DNA from: Polyangiaceae bacterium | GTDB taxonomy: Bacteria; Myxococcota_A; Polyangia; Polyangiales; Polyangiaceae | Assembly (NCBI GenBank): GCA_044376115.1 | Contig: JBILLK010000010.1 | Coordinates: forward strand, 256,001-320,000 | DNA length: 64,000 nucleotides | Direction of reading: 5' to 3' | Program-made: the position numbers and the translations under genes | Notes under the pieces: model-generated | What the model was told of the DNA's origin: nothing | Database searches by the model: none | Seen by the model: only the letters and a program-made list of their open reading frames with translations | In this document: one piece after another, positions 36,385 to 47,485 of the stretch | How positions within the stretch are numbered: the stretch's first letter is position 1 | Layout: the number at the start of each line of letters is the position of its first letter

Positions 36385-37803
36385 ATGGATGTCGTCAGCG
36401 TCAAACAAGCTCTCGCGGGACAGGTAGCGGTCGGCAACAAAGTCGAGGTTCGCGGCTGGGTGCGCACTCGTCGCGACTCGAAGGCCGGCATCTCGTTCAT
36501 TCATGTGACCGATGGCAGCTGCCAGGACCCGATTCAGGTGGTTGGGCCAAACACGCTCGAGAACTACCAGACGGAGGTGCTGCGTCTCTCCACCGGCAGC
36601 TCGCTGATTTGCCGCGGCACGTTGGTTCAAAGCCAAGGGAAGGGCCAGTCCTTCGAGATTCAGGCGGACGAGGTGATCGCCGTCGGCTTCGTGGATGACC
36701 CCGAGACCTACCCGATGCAGCCGAAGCAACACACCGCGGAGTTCCTCCGTGAGCAGGCGCATTTGCGGCCTCGGACCAACACCTTCGGAGCGGTCGCGCG
36801 CATCCGCCACGCGGCGGCCATGGCGATTCATCGCTTCTTCAACGATGAAGGCTTCGCTTGGGTCAACACGCCCATCGTCACCGCCTCCGATGCGGAGGGC
36901 GCGGGGCAGATGTTTCGCGTCTCGACGTTGGACATCAACAACCTGCCGCGCAGTGACGGCAAGGTCGACTTTCAGAAGGACTTCTTCGGCAAAGAGGCCT
37001 ACCTCACAGTCTCAGGCCAGCTCAACGTAGAGGCCTATTGTCTCGCGCTCTCCAAGGTCTACACCTTTGGACCGACGTTCCGCGCGGAGAACTCAAACAC
37101 CAGCCGGCACTTGGCCGAGTTCTGGATGATCGAGCCGGAGATCGCCTTCGCCGATCTGAACGCCGACGCTGACCTGGCCGAGCGTTTCCTAAAGGCCGTA
37201 TTCCGCTCGGTGCTAGCCGAACGCAGTGACGACCTCAAGTTCCTGGAGACGACGGTTGGCAAAGGCATCGTCACACAGAGCGGCCTCTTGAGCAGACTCG
37301 AAGCCTTCGTCGAGTCTTCCTTCGAGCGGATTGAATACACAGCGGCGATCGAGATCCTGAAGGCGGCCAAGAAGAAGAAGTTCGAGTACGCGCCAGAGTG
37401 GGGCAAAGACCTGCAAACGGAGCACGAGCGCTATTTGACTGAAGAGCACATCGGCCGGCCGGTGGTGGTAATGAACTATCCCGAGCAGATCAAAGCGTTT
37501 TACATGCGTATGAACGAGGACGGTAAAACCGTCGCGGCGATGGATGTATTGGCGCCAGGGATTGGCGAGATTATCGGTGGCAGCCAACGTGAAGAGCGGC
37601 TCGACCGCTTGGACGCTCGCATGCGCGCGATGAACCTGGTGCCTGAGCACTACGGTTGGTACCGCGATTTGCGCCGCTACGGCTCTGTTCCGCACGCAGG
37701 CTTTGGCCTCGGCTTCGAGCGCCTGATTGTCTACATCTGCGGGCTCGCCAACATTCGCGACGCCATTCCCTACCCGCGCGTTCCGGGATGGGCGCAGTTC
37801 TGA
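36385..37803 (+). CDS. asnS: Asparagine--tRNA ligase
   Basis: GWVRT.R, LTVSGQL, FRAENS.TSRHL.EFW, DLQTEHE and GLGFER motifs. Confidence 0.97.
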   Translation: MDVVSVKQALAGQVAVGNKVEVRGWVRTRRDSKAGISFIHVTDGSCQDPIQVVGPNTLENYQTEVLRLSTGSSLICRGTLVQSQGKGQSFEIQADEVIAVGFVDDPETYPMQPKQHTAEFLREQAHLRPRTNTFGAVARIRHAAAMAIHRFFNDEGFAWVNTPIVTASDAEGAGQMFRVSTLDINNLPRSDGKVDFQKDFFGKEAYLTVSGQLNVEAYCLALSKVYTFGPTFRAENSNTSRHLAEFWMIEPEIAFADLNADADLAERFLKAVFRSVLAERSDDLKFLETTVGKGIVTQSGLLSRLEAFVESSFERIEYTAAIEILKAAKKKKFEYAPEWGKDLQTEHERYLTEEHIGRPVVVMNYPEQIKAFYMRMNEDGKTVAAMDVLAPGIGEIIGGSQREERLDRLDARMRAMNLVPEHYGWYRDLRRYGSVPHAGFGLGFERLIVYICGLANIRDAIPYPRVPGWAQF

Positions 37804-37841
37804 GGGTGCCTGACGTGGGCAAGATCGACTACCATCGGAGC

Positions 37842-38528
37842 GTGAAATCTTCGCTTCGCCCGCGGTGGTCACTACCCAGCGTGATGACCTGCTTCGTGTG
37901 CCTCGGCGCCTGCTTCCCGGACTTCGGTTTTGGTGGGGCTGGCGGCACCGGGGCTGGCGGAGATGGGCGTGGTGGCGACGGACGTGGTGGTGATCCCGTT
38001 GGGCCGGGCAATGGCGGTGGGCCGGGCAATGGCGGCGGGCCGGGCAACGGCGGCGGGCCGGGCAACGGCGGCGGCCCGGGCAATGGCGCTGGGCCTGGCA
38101 ATGGCGGCAGCACCAGCAACGGCGCTGGCCATGCGGGTGGGATGGGCGGCAGCGGAGAGGGCGGAATGGCTGTCGTGGCCCAAGTAGCTTGTGGGCCGGA
38201 TGACCCAGCGACGCCTTGTCCACCGGGCAATGTTTGCTGCTTCCACAGCTTCTTTACGGACTCCGACGCATGCGCGCTGGCGCAAGATGGTTGCGGCACG
38301 GCAAAGACGCTGCGGTGCAACTTCCATGATGATTGCACGGGCAGCCAACTCTGTTGCGGTGACTACGACACCGCGAATGACATCTACGAGACAGAGTGCC
38401 GAGAGTCTTGCGCGGACGAGACGATGTGCAACAGCACCGCAGACTGCGGGGCGGGCCAGGAGTGCCTGCCATTTTTAACTGGCTATTACAACTACGACAA
38501 CGCGTACCTCTCCTGCCAGCCCCTGTAG
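37842..38528 (+). CDS. Gly-rich, Cys-rich lipoprotein
   Basis: Lipobox LGAC; GPGNGG repeats; Cys-rich C-terminal domain. Start estimated. Confidence 0.68.
   Translation: MKSSLRPRWSLPSVMTCFVCLGACFPDFGFGGAGGTGAGGDGRGGDGRGGDPVGPGNGGGPGNGGGPGNGGGPGNGGGPGNGAGPGNGGSTSNGAGHAGGMGGSGEGGMAVVAQVACGPDDPATPCPPGNVCCFHSFFTDSDACALAQDGCGTAKTLRCNFHDDCTGSQLCCGDYDTANDIYETECRESCADETMCNSTADCGAGQECLPFLTGYYNYDNAYLSCQPL
38001..38108 (+). repeat. 18-bp coding tandem repeat x6 (GPGNGG)
   Basis: gggccgggcaatggcggt-like units in tandem. Confidence 0.85.
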
Positions 38529-38551
38529 CCAAGCGCAACGTGCTCAGCCGT

Positions 38552-38935
38552 ATGACGCTTGGCAACACCTTCGAGGAAGCGCCGATTGAACACACGGCTA
38601 AGTTTCTTTGGCTCTTCTCGCTGTTACCGTTAATCGGCCAGGCGATGGAGCTCGCGATGCCGCCCGGAACCTCCGGCACCGATTCATGGGCTCGTTACTC
38701 GGGTTTCGTCGTGGCGGCCGTCATCGCAGGCGTTGGGGTTGGAGTTTACCGCTGCTCGCTGCTGGTGGCGCGAGTTGGCTTTGCGCTGTTCAGCCTGGGG
38801 GCGTTAGGCATCCTGGGGGCTGCGCTACTCGCTGAGAACAGCCAAGCAGCGGCGGTGCTCGTGGCGCTACCAACCTGGGGCGCGATCAAGCTCTATAAGG
38901 TATGTGGAGTGCTGGCCGCTCCCGGCAGACAATGA
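38552..38935 (+). CDS. Small hypothetical membrane protein (about 4 TM)
   Basis: Hydrophobic segments; ATGA overlap with the next gene. Confidence 0.6.
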   Translation: MTLGNTFEEAPIEHTAKFLWLFSLLPLIGQAMELAMPPGTSGTDSWARYSGFVVAAVIAGVGVGVYRCSLLVARVGFALFSLGALGILGAALLAENSQAAAVLVALPTWGAIKLYKVCGVLAAPGRQ

Positions 38936-39828
38936 GCCACAAGGCGATAGCTCGTTGGCTCATCGCGGTGAGCATCGGCTGCGGCGCCCCTGACCATCAA
39001 CACGCCCCTACCCTTGCATCCGCCAGCGAACGCATGGCGTTGACGGCCTCAGCCGCAGTTGGCAGCGCTGCTTCTAGCCCAAGTGCAGCGACTCCGAGCG
39101 CCGCGGTGGAGGCGCCGCCGCATCGCGCGCTGTTTCAAGATGAGCCGAGCGTTAGGCAGTTAGCGCTGCCAGGCTTTGAACCAGCTCACATCGTGTTACC
39201 GCGTGGCGAAGGGCGGAAGAAAGCGCGGCTCGCTGTGATCGCGCATGGCGCCGGTGAGCGCCCAGAGCCTCATTGCGCCCACTATGAAGCGTTGCTCCCG
39301 GATGACTACTTGCTCGTGTGCACCCGCGGATACCCTAGTAACAAACACCTGCCGGAGCCGCAGCGCGGTTACTTCTATGATGGGCACCCCAAACTCGGGC
39401 AGGAGCTGCAAGCGATCTTTACGCTGCTTGCAACGGAGGAACCCTATGCTTCCAGCGTCGAGCTCGAACGGGCGCTCTACGTTGGATTCTCGCAGGGTGC
39501 GAGTATGGGCATCCTGGCCTTGCACGAGCGGCCCGATTTAGCTGCCCACTTCAATGGCGTCTTGTTGGTGGACGGCGGGGCCGGCGAATGGACCGTAAGT
39601 CTCGCGAAACGTATGGCTGAGCGTGATATGCGAGTTGGTATCGTCTGTGGTCAACCCAGCTGCCGCGAGAAGGCCGAGCGCTCGCGACCTTGGCTCGCAC
39701 AGGCCGGGCTCGCCGCCGAGCTGCGGTTACGCACGGCGAGCCACAGCCTGGATGGTCCACTTGGTGAGGACGTCAAAGAGCTTTTGCCTTGGCTATTGCG
39801 CGAGCCCGGACCAGCGACTGCTCAATGA
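38932..39828 (+). CDS. Alpha/beta-hydrolase lipoprotein
   Basis: Lipobox SIGC; AHG; GFSQG nucleophile elbow; late His. Confidence 0.75.
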   Translation: MSHKAIARWLIAVSIGCGAPDHQHAPTLASASERMALTASAAVGSAASSPSAATPSAAVEAPPHRALFQDEPSVRQLALPGFEPAHIVLPRGEGRKKARLAVIAHGAGERPEPHCAHYEALLPDDYLLVCTRGYPSNKHLPEPQRGYFYDGHPKLGQELQAIFTLLATEEPYASSVELERALYVGFSQGASMGILALHERPDLAAHFNGVLLVDGGAGEWTVSLAKRMAERDMRVGIVCGQPSCREKAERSRPWLAQAGLAAELRLRTASHSLDGPLGEDVKELLPWLLREPGPATAQ

Positions 39829-40586
39829 AGGTCGAAGAGTAGGACCTCTCCAGCGCCTTCGCCTTCGACCCGCATCACCCCTCCCACAGTCGCCTTGCTG
39901 AATGCGGCGTCGCCCGCCTCGAGTCGCTCACCATTGACCATTACCGCGCCTTTGGCGACGTGCAGCCACAGATGCCGGCCCGCCGGGAGTTCAAAGCTCG
40001 CGCTGTCCCCCGATTCAAATACGCCGGCATACATAGCCGCGTCTGCGTGGATACGAATGCTGCCTTCCCGCCCGTCTTTGGAGGCCACCAAGGCCAAGCG
40101 CCCTTTGCGCGCTTCAACCGGAAAGTTCTTTTGCTCGTAGCCCGGAGGATTGCCCGCTTGGTCTGGCTGAACCCAGATCTGCAAGAAGTGGACGTCCTCC
40201 TGTTTTGAAGCGTTGTATTCGCTGTGACGGACACCGGTTCCAGCGCTCATACGCTGCACATCTCCTGGCCGAATCACCGAGCCAGTACCCATCGAGTCCT
40301 TGTGTTCGAGCGCGCCCGCGAGCACGTACGAAAGGATCTCCATGTCGCGATGCCTATGCGTTGGAAAGCCCTGCCCAGGCGCCACCCGGTCATCATTGAT
40401 CACCCGCAGAGCGCGAAAGCCCATCCACGAGGGGTCATAGAAGTCGGCGAAGGAGAAGGTGTGCTTCGACCGAAGCCAGCCGTGATTGGCGTCGCCACGC
40501 TCTCCCGACCTGCGAAAGCCCAGCACCAACGGCTCCACCGAGTTACTCATCTCAACACCCCCAGCGCTTGTGCCTTCAGACTTCAT
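39822..40586 (-). CDS. Pirin family protein (YhhW-like)
   Basis: HGWL.S.HTFSF, LRVINDD, H.H.DMEI and HSE motifs; SD AGGAG before ATG 40586. Confidence 0.92.
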   Translation of the reverse strand: MKSEGTSAGGVEMSNSVEPLVLGFRRSGERGDANHGWLRSKHTFSFADFYDPSWMGFRALRVINDDRVAPGQGFPTHRHRDMEILSYVLAGALEHKDSMGTGSVIRPGDVQRMSAGTGVRHSEYNASKQEDVHFLQIWVQPDQAGNPPGYEQKNFPVEARKGRLALVASKDGREGSIRIHADAAMYAGVFESGDSASFELPAGRHLWLHVAKGAVMVNGERLEAGDAAFSKATVGGVMRVEGEGAGEVLLFDLH

Positions 40587-40657
40587 AGCGGCTCCTGTGC
40601 GAACCAGAGTAGGCCGTTGTTCGACAACCGGTAGCCCCAGTGAAACGATAGTTAGCA

Positions 40658-41617
40658 TCAGCGGGGGCGATTGTTCTTCCGACGCGCGATCCGAGGCGTG
40701 GCTCCGGCTGGGATGGCGATCACTCGTTCGCAAAGTTGCGGCAAGCTATCGAAGATCCAACGGTGCGCTGGCCCCAAGGTCATGTCGCGTCGATAGATGA
40801 GCGAGAGGCAGAGCGAGTGTTCGTCCTTGCCCCAGGCGGCCGGGCGAATCACCACCAGTCTGCCCTGCTCGAGGTCTTCACGCACGTAGTGCTCCGGCAG
40901 GTTTCCCCAACCAGCACCACCGAGCAGCAGCTTGCGTTTGGTGTAGAGGTCGGTGACGCGCCACGTCCGCGGGGAAAGTACGGCTTGATCCGGAGCGCCT
41001 TCATCGAGCCGACGTTCGGCCAAGACGACCTGGATATGCTCGCGGAACGCCCTTGACTCGAGCGGCTGCGGTAGTCGCGCCAAGGGGTGGTCGGGGCAAG
41101 CGACAGCCAACATTGCAATCGTCGATAGCGGCCGGCGCTCAAACTCGGGCCGCTCGCCTTGCGGGCTGACCACACCGAGGGTTGCCGTGCGATTCAACAC
41201 GCGCTCCGAGACGTCCGACATGGTTTGCGTGTCGATGCGCAGATCGACCGAGGGAAACGCCTCACGGAAGGCCGCCGCAAGCGTTACCAGGGCCTCAACG
41301 GGGAAGAGGGCGTCTACGCACAAGGACACCTTGGCCTCGATTCCTCCCTGAAGGTCGCCGGCTAAGCGACCGAAGGCCTCGGCTTCTTCCAATACCCTAT
41401 TAGCCGCAGTGAGCAGCGCTTCTCCGTGTGCGGTGAGCGTTGGGATGCGGGTCGTACGGTTCCAGAGCACGACACCGAGCTGCTCCTCGAGATTCGACAT
41501 CGTGCTACTTACTGCAGATTGAGCTCGCTTTAGCTTTCGAGCCGCCGCCGAAAAATTCCCAGCCGCATGAATCGTAACGAAGGTACGCAGCTGGTCGAGG
41601 GTGAAGCCTTCATGCAT
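40658..41617 (-). CDS. LysR-family regulator
   Basis: TLDQLRTF...GNFSAAARKL.RAQSAVS and GWGNLP motifs. Confidence 0.92.
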   Translation of the reverse strand: MHEGFTLDQLRTFVTIHAAGNFSAAARKLKRAQSAVSSTMSNLEEQLGVVLWNRTTRIPTLTAHGEALLTAANRVLEEAEAFGRLAGDLQGGIEAKVSLCVDALFPVEALVTLAAAFREAFPSVDLRIDTQTMSDVSERVLNRTATLGVVSPQGERPEFERRPLSTIAMLAVACPDHPLARLPQPLESRAFREHIQVVLAERRLDEGAPDQAVLSPRTWRVTDLYTKRKLLLGGAGWGNLPEHYVREDLEQGRLVVIRPAAWGKDEHSLCLSLIYRRDMTLGPAHRWIFDSLPQLCERVIAIPAGATPRIARRKNNRPR

Positions 41618-41709
41618 TACGCGGCGGAAGTTCCCACGCCGGCGCAGGGCTGTCGAGCAAGGACGAACCACTCGCCGATGACGGCCTTCTCAGCTATTGG
41701 ACGACAACC

Positions 41710-42432
41710 ATGAAGACGCAGGTCCTACTCCTTGCTTGCTTGCTCACTGCGACCGGTGCGTGCGGAAGCAAGACCGATGGCAGCGCGAGCTCTGCTGAGA
41801 GTTCGAGCAAACCGCGCGCAAAGTCGAGCGCGAGCGCCCGCTCAAAGAGCGACGCAGCGGGCTCGGCGGCCGATACCGCCGTGGCACTGAGTGCCAAGGC
41901 TCCCCCGAGCCAATCAGCCAGTGCAACAGCGTCGCCGCTAACAGGCGCGGCGCGCTGCAAAGCGCTGGGCTGCGAAGGGGATGGCACGTTCTCAAGCAAC
42001 TGCAGCTGCAAGGACAAGGGCGTTCTTCCGCCGGTAACCATTACCTGCAGCGGCAGCTACTCCTCGTTCGGTGCTGAGTGTGAAATACACAACACCAGCC
42101 CAGAGACCATCAGCTGGATGCACGGTTCAATTTATTACTTTGACGCGCAAGGCAATCAGCTCGCGCAGAGCGAGCCTTCCGGCAAGGAGAAGCTCAAGCT
42201 CAAGCGCAAGCGCTACGTCATCAACGGCGAGGACGACGCGGGGCTGATCAATACGCACAACTTCGACCTCGCTCCGGGGGAGAAAGAGACCGACAAGTTT
42301 GGCTGGTCGGACAAGGACAAGCCGGCGCAGACCGCCCGCATTAGCGTGGTATTCGATGCTTGGTGTTTCGGCAAAGACCCCGACCAGTTCTGCGTCAATG
42401 TGGGCATGACCACGGCCGAAGCCCCACGATAG
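41710..42432 (+). CDS. Hypothetical lipoprotein (FxLYD-like beta domain)
   Basis: Lipobox TGAC; Ser/Ala-rich linker; IYYFDAQGN. Confidence 0.65.
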   Translation: MKTQVLLLACLLTATGACGSKTDGSASSAESSSKPRAKSSASARSKSDAAGSAADTAVALSAKAPPSQSASATASPLTGAARCKALGCEGDGTFSSNCSCKDKGVLPPVTITCSGSYSSFGAECEIHNTSPETISWMHGSIYYFDAQGNQLAQSEPSGKEKLKLKRKRYVINGEDDAGLINTHNFDLAPGEKETDKFGWSDKDKPAQTARISVVFDAWCFGKDPDQFCVNVGMTTAEAPR

Positions 42433-42455
42433 CCCCGGCGACCGAAGCATTGGAG

Positions 42456-43016
42456 ATGAAGCCGCTGCTCGTCGTTCTCGATCTCGATGAGACGCTGGTC
42501 CATATCCCAGCCCAGCCGCTCGCCGCGCGGCCAGACTTTACGGTGGACGGCTATGCTGGGTATCGAAGGCCGCAGCTAGCTAGCTTTCTCGCTCAGCTTC
42601 GTGAGCGCTACCAACTAGCCGTCTGGACCTCGGCGAATCGCAATTACGCTGAGAGCGTGCTCGCGGAGGTCATGCCGTGGCGCGCCGAGTTGGTCTTCCT
42701 TTGGTGTAGCGAGCAGTGTTCTGCGGCGGGCGCGGCTGGGTCGTCCGGCCTTTACAAGGCGCCTGAGAAACTCGCCAAAGCGGGCTTCGACCTCAAACGG
42801 CTGGTGATCGTCGATGATTCGCCAGAGAAGCATCTACACAGCTATCGCAACCTGCTGCCAGTGCTGCCCTTCCTCGGGGATCCAAGCGACAAGGAGCTTG
42901 CCGCTGTCCTCCGTTACCTCGAGTGGCTGGACGCACAACCGGATGTAGGCTCCGTCGATAAGCGTGATTGGCGACCAAGCGTTGAAGCAGCGCTCAACGA
43001 AGATCATAACGTTTGA
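42456..43016 (+). CDS. FCP1/SCP (NIF)-family HAD phosphatase
   Basis: LDLDETLVH, RP.L..FL, VWTS...YA and IVDDSP motifs. Confidence 0.88.
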   Translation: MKPLLVVLDLDETLVHIPAQPLAARPDFTVDGYAGYRRPQLASFLAQLRERYQLAVWTSANRNYAESVLAEVMPWRAELVFLWCSEQCSAAGAAGSSGLYKAPEKLAKAGFDLKRLVIVDDSPEKHLHSYRNLLPVLPFLGDPSDKELAAVLRYLEWLDAQPDVGSVDKRDWRPSVEAALNEDHNV

Positions 43017-44337
43017 TCTTCTCGTACATCGTTCGCAGTCCGATCCCCAACGCAGCGGCGGCGTTCTTTCGGTTGCCACCTACCTGTTTGAGTGCGCGCT
43101 CAATCGCCAAGCGCTCGAGCGCCTCGAGCGAGGACGGCCCGCCACCGGAGGTAGCAGCCGCGTCAGGCGCCTCATCGAATACGAGCGAGAAGTGTTCGAC
43201 AGCGAGGGCTTGCCCATCCGAGAGGATCAGCGCTCGTTCGAGCGCGTTGCGTAGCTCGCGGATGTTCCCCGGCCACGGGTAACGCCGAAGCTCATCAAGC
43301 ACAGGCTTAGAGAGCGGGACCTCGCGCCCCGAGAGCGCCCGCAGCAAAGCACTGGCAATGACCTGTAAGTCCTCCAGCCGCTCGCGCAGCGCAGGCAGTT
43401 TTACTGGGAATACGGCCAGCCGATGATAGAGGTCGTCGCGGAACGTGCGCTCGCGCACCATGGCACGTAGATCGCGATGGGTTGCTGCAATCCACCGTAC
43501 GTCGACCTTGATCGACTTGGAGCCGCCGAGCCGTTCGAAGGACTTCTCCTCGATCGCCCGTAACAGTTTGGCCTGGAGAGCGGGCTGCAGTTCACCGACC
43601 TCATCCAGAAAGAAGGTCCCCCCGTCCGCGATCTCGATGCGACCCTTGCGCTCGGTATGTGCGCCGGTAAACGCTCCCCGTTCATGGCCGAAGAGTTCAC
43701 TCTCGAGCAGGCTCTCGGTCAATACAGCGCAATTGATGGCCACGAACGGATTGTCGCTGCGGCTCGAAAGCTCGTGAATGGCGCGCGCGGTGACCTCCTT
43801 CCCGGTACCGCTCTCACCACTGAGCAGGACCGTAGCGCTGGTCTTGGCTACCTTCTGTACAGCGTCGACGACGGCCACCATCGAAGGCGCACTCGACGCT
43901 AAGTCTGACTTTGGCAATTGCGGGTGAGAGGGCAGGCTTGCCGTCAATTTGGCACGCCGCGCGAGCGCCTCGGCCACCAGGCTGCGCACGGCCTTCGGTC
44001 CGGAGATCGGCTTTTCGAGGTAGTCGAACGCGCCCAACTTGAGCGCCTCGACCGCGGTGCTCACGTCACCAAAGGCTGTCAGTACCACGATCTCAACGTC
44101 GGGCTGTTCAGCGCGCAAGGTGCGGACCAGCTCCATACCGCCGAGCACCGGCATACGTAAGTCGGTAATCACGAGATCGAAGCTCTGCTCGCGAGCGAGC
44201 GTGAGCGCCTCCGCACCATTTTCTGCGCGACTCACTTCATGACCCTCACGCTCGAGCGATTCAGCGAGAAAACTGCGAATGCCGTCTTCGTCATCAACGA
44301 CCAAGACCGAGCCTCGTTCACTATGCGGTAATTTCAT
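42994..44337 (-). CDS. Sigma54-dependent response regulator (NtrC/AtoC family)
   Basis: Receiver domain (VVDDE, TDLRMP); [17 protein letters not shown] and WPGNIREL; Fis-type HTH. Confidence 0.95.
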   Translation of the reverse strand: MKLPHSERGSVLVVDDEDGIRSFLAESLEREGHEVSRAENGAEALTLAREQSFDLVITDLRMPVLGGMELVRTLRAEQPDVEIVVLTAFGDVSTAVEALKLGAFDYLEKPISGPKAVRSLVAEALARRAKLTASLPSHPQLPKSDLASSAPSMVAVVDAVQKVAKTSATVLLSGESGTGKEVTARAIHELSSRSDNPFVAINCAVLTESLLESELFGHERGAFTGAHTERKGRIEIADGGTFFLDEVGELQPALQAKLLRAIEEKSFERLGGSKSIKVDVRWIAATHRDLRAMVRERTFRDDLYHRLAVFPVKLPALRERLEDLQVIASALLRALSGREVPLSKPVLDELRRYPWPGNIRELRNALERALILSDGQALAVEHFSLVFDEAPDAAATSGGGPSSLEALERLAIERALKQVGGNRKNAAAALGIGLRTMYEKIKRYDLR

Positions 44338-45686
44338 GCGTCGATGTTCGGTAGGGTTAGTCGAAAGAGGGCTCCACCCTCCGCGTGGTTCTCGGCAGTC
44401 AGGGCACCGCCATGCTGCTCGGCGACTCGACGGGCTATCGGTAGCCCAAGCCCCGTGCCGCGAACACGCGTGGTGACGAAGGGTTCAAAGATGGGCTCCT
44501 TGGGGAGACCGGGGCCGTGGTCTCGAACTTCAATGACTAGCCCACGGGCAGCCGAGAGCAGGTGTAGTTCAGCGCGACCGCTTGGGTCGGCGAGCAGGGC
44601 GTTTTCCAGTAAATTGTGAAGCGCCCGGACGATGCGCGCGCGGTCGACGCGGACCTGCTCGGGCGAGCCATCGCAATGAATGGATACGCGCTCGCGGTCG
44701 AGCCCTTCCAGCGCTTCCTCGGCGAGCTGGCGCACGGGAACGAGCCGGGTATCGATGGCACCGTCACGGACGAACTCAAGCAGATTGCGCGTTAGCGATT
44801 CGAGCCGCTCGGCTTCATGAACGACGAGTTCGGCTTTGGCCTGGCCCTTCGGATCCTCGCTGAGCTGCTCGGCGAGAAGCTGCGCGTGCCCCTTGAGGGA
44901 GGCTAAAGGGTTGCGTAGCTCGTGCGCCATGATCGAAGACATCTGCCCAAGCGCGACCAGCCGCTTTTTACGGTCTGCCTCGAGCTGGAACTGCTCGACC
45001 TTGCGTAGGCTTCGAACCCAGCCCAACGCGAAGACCAAAAGCGCAAAGGCGGTAACGCCTCCCACAAGCAGGATGCGCCGAAGATCCGACTCGAGGTTGG
45101 TCCCAACCTTCGGTTCTAGTTCAATCACGATATGGCGCAGCTTCTCCCCGTCGGGTGGGCCTGGCGGCTGCGCTTCGCGAGCGTGCTCCGGGGGTGGAGA
45201 AGGCCGTGAACCCTGCGGCTCATCGGGAGGAGGTCGGGAATGAGAAGGGGGTGGCGGAGGCCTTTCACCGTCTGGAGAGAACGTCCCGGGAAACGCCGTG
45301 ACAAACCTCGCACGACCACCGTTTCTCTGGAATTCGCCAGGGCGCGTTGCCCCGACGATCTCCGGTGGGCCTGACTCTACGAGCCGCCCTCCGCGTTCCC
45401 CAAAGGCCAGATAGCGCAGCCCTTCGCCCCGGTACTCTGCGAGCACCGCCTCGAGCTCCAGCTCGGGCGCCTCGGACGAGCGAAGTCGCTGCGTTACGGC
45501 GGCCGCCATCGCCTCGGCCTCGCCTCGAACGAGCACATCGGAGGCGGCCGAGAGCGCACGCTGGGCGAGCAGCACGGTCACGGCGAGAGCGAGCGCTGCA
45601 AGCACTGCAATCGCGACGCCTCCCCAAAGTACCCAGGTCCGGCTGCGCGCAAGGGGGGCATTGGGGGAGGAGGCGGGGGCGGCCAC
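44334..45686 (-). CDS. Sensor histidine kinase
   Basis: Two TM helices; [19 protein letters not shown] and GTGLGL motifs; ATGA overlap with the regulator. Start uncertain. Confidence 0.9.
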   Translation of the reverse strand: MAAPASSPNAPLARSRTWVLWGGVAIAVLAALALAVTVLLAQRALSAASDVLVRGEAEAMAAAVTQRLRSSEAPELELEAVLAEYRGEGLRYLAFGERGGRLVESGPPEIVGATRPGEFQRNGGRARFVTAFPGTFSPDGERPPPPPSHSRPPPDEPQGSRPSPPPEHAREAQPPGPPDGEKLRHIVIELEPKVGTNLESDLRRILLVGGVTAFALLVFALGWVRSLRKVEQFQLEADRKKRLVALGQMSSIMAHELRNPLASLKGHAQLLAEQLSEDPKGQAKAELVVHEAERLESLTRNLLEFVRDGAIDTRLVPVRQLAEEALEGLDRERVSIHCDGSPEQVRVDRARIVRALHNLLENALLADPSGRAELHLLSAARGLVIEVRDHGPGLPKEPIFEPFVTTRVRGTGLGLPIARRVAEQHGGALTAENHAEGGALFRLTLPNIDA

Positions 45687-45767
45687 GAAAGCTGGTCTGC
45701 AAATTACTAGCCGCAGCAGGCCAGCGCTAGCCGCACGGTACGCGGGCCAACTGCACAATCAACCGCA

Positions 45768-45802
45768 TGCGGAATTCGCGTCCACAGAGTGCGGATTCTG
45801 CA
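45768..45802. promoter_or_regulatory. Putative enhancer (bEBP binding) sites
   Basis: TGCGGAATTCGCG and TGCGGATTCTGCA: imperfect palindromes 22 bp apart, upstream of the sigma54 promoter. Confidence 0.6.
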
Positions 45803-45843
45803 GCTCGGAGAAAAGAATGACTACTAATCCGGCTACTTTTGCG

Positions 45844-45859
45844 TGGCACACAGGCTGCT
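45844..45859 (+). promoter_or_regulatory. Sigma54 -24/-12 promoter
   Basis: TGGCAC-acagg-CTGCT with exact GG-N10-GC spacing. Confidence 0.72.
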
Positions 45860-45870
45860 AATGCCCATTC

Positions 45871-46728
45871 ATGGACCACCACCACGACGACGACCTCCAC
45901 CACCAAGGACTTAGCCGCGACCTCGAGACGCTGACGCGAAAGGCTCGCGAGCGGCGCCAGGTGCTTCGTTGGCTCACCTCCACGGGCATGCTGGCCTTGG
46001 CCGGCTGCGGCGCGAGCACCGAAACCAGCGGCGGCAGTGGCGGTAGTGGCGGCAGCGGCGGGGCAGAGAGCGGTGGCGGTGGCAGTGGCGGCGCGGGCGC
46101 TGGCTCGTGCTCGGAGATCCCCGAGGAGACCGCCGGACCTTACCCTGGCGACGGCTCCAACGGCGTCAATGCGCTCACGCTCTCGGGCATCGTTCGCAGC
46201 GACATCCGCTCCAGCATCGATGACGCCAGCGGCACCGCTGAGGGCGTGGAATTGACAGTTACGCTAACGATCCTCGACAAGACCGACTGCTCACCGATCG
46301 CTGGACGCGCCGTGTACCTCTGGCATTGCAATCAAGCAGGCGAGTACTCCATGTACTCCGCGGCCATCGCCGACGAGAACTACCTGCGCGGCGTGCAGGA
46401 GACGGACGAAAACGGCCAGGTGACGTTTACTACGATATTCCCAGGCTGCTACGACGGCCGCTGGCCGCATATGCACTTTGAGGTGTACCCGAGCCTCGCA
46501 TCAGCGACCGACTCAGCCAATAAGCTCGCTACTTCTCAATTGGCGATGCCAGAGGCCGCGTGCAACGAGGTGTACGCGACGAGCGGCTACGAGGCCAGCG
46601 TAGAGAACCTAGCCAATACCAGCCTCACCAGCGACAACGTCTTTGGTGACGACGGCGCAGAGCTGCAGCTTGCAGCTGTGAGCGAGGCCGGTGAGGGCTA
46701 TCTCGCGACGCTGACCGTGAGCGTTTGA
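45871..46728 (+). CDS. Exported intradiol ring-cleavage dioxygenase-like protein
   Basis: RR + hydrophobic stretch + LAGC (Tat lipoprotein-like); ETAGPYP, WHC...G.YS.Y, LRGVQ.TD and Y.GRWPHMH motifs. Confidence 0.85.
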   Translation: MDHHHDDDLHHQGLSRDLETLTRKARERRQVLRWLTSTGMLALAGCGASTETSGGSGGSGGSGGAESGGGGSGGAGAGSCSEIPEETAGPYPGDGSNGVNALTLSGIVRSDIRSSIDDASGTAEGVELTVTLTILDKTDCSPIAGRAVYLWHCNQAGEYSMYSAAIADENYLRGVQETDENGQVTFTTIFPGCYDGRWPHMHFEVYPSLASATDSANKLATSQLAMPEAACNEVYATSGYEASVENLANTSLTSDNVFGDDGAELQLAAVSEAGEGYLATLTVSV

Positions 46729-46729
46729 A

Positions 46730-47443
46730 CTAGAGGGTTTGCGGATCGGTCGCGTCGCCGAACCAAACGACCGCGTAGCTGTCTTTCATACCGCAGCCCA
46801 TGGCTGGCCAGGGGTTGAAGGGCTGCCAAGTACCGGCGTTGAGGATCACCTCGTGGTGCCCGGGGCTGCTCTGCCAAAGCGCGAGGGCGGACTCGGGCGT
46901 GCCCGCGCCAGAGGCCGCAATCTCATAGCCATTACCGCTATATTGATTAGGCCCCCAGGTAGCGGTGAGTTCTGCCGGCTTGCTCCACATGCATTGGGCT
47001 TGGGCGTGGTCGGAGGTGTAACAACAACCCGACCAACTGCCGAGCTCCGACCAGCTGTGGAGGTTGCAGTTCCCCGAGGCGATCTCCGGATGGGCTGACA
47101 GATCGGCGACGTGGGCCTCGGCGACCGTCATCAATGCCACCGAAACCGGTACTTCGGCGAGCCCTTGGCTAACTCGATATTCGTTGATGACATCGCACAG
47201 GCTAAGTCCTTGGGCGTCGAAGTTGGGGCCGCTACCTCCAAGGCCGCTACCGCCGCTGCTTTGGCCGCCGCTCGAGCTACTTCCGGCTCCTTGGCCGGAG
47301 CTCGACGACGCTCCGCCAGCGCCTCCTGCATTAGCGCCGCCGGCACCGCTGTTCTCGCCTCCAGCCCCTGAGGAGGTGCTGCTCGAGGAGTCCCCACAAC
47401 CCCAAACCAACAAGGCTCCCAGCGTCAGGACGAATGCTCGCAT
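46730..47443 (-). CDS. CAP/SCP-domain lipoprotein
   Basis: Lipobox VWGC; INEYR...GL, A..H, LHSWS, GYEIA and W..SPGH motifs. Confidence 0.82.
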   Translation of the reverse strand: MRAFVLTLGALLVWGCGDSSSSTSSGAGGENSGAGGANAGGAGGASSSSGQGAGSSSSGGQSSGGSGLGGSGPNFDAQGLSLCDVINEYRVSQGLAEVPVSVALMTVAEAHVADLSAHPEIASGNCNLHSWSELGSWSGCCYTSDHAQAQCMWSKPAELTATWGPNQYSGNGYEIAASGAGTPESALALWQSSPGHHEVILNAGTWQPFNPWPAMGCGMKDSYAVVWFGDATDPQTL

Positions 47444-47485
47444 GGCGAACAGGGTATCACCGCTTGGGGCGGCGGAGCGGCGCAA

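Noticed and set aside
38001..38108. Regular short repeats resembling a CRISPR array (also 61348-61734)
   Set aside because: In-frame Gly-rich coding repeats with no unique spacers; no cas genes.
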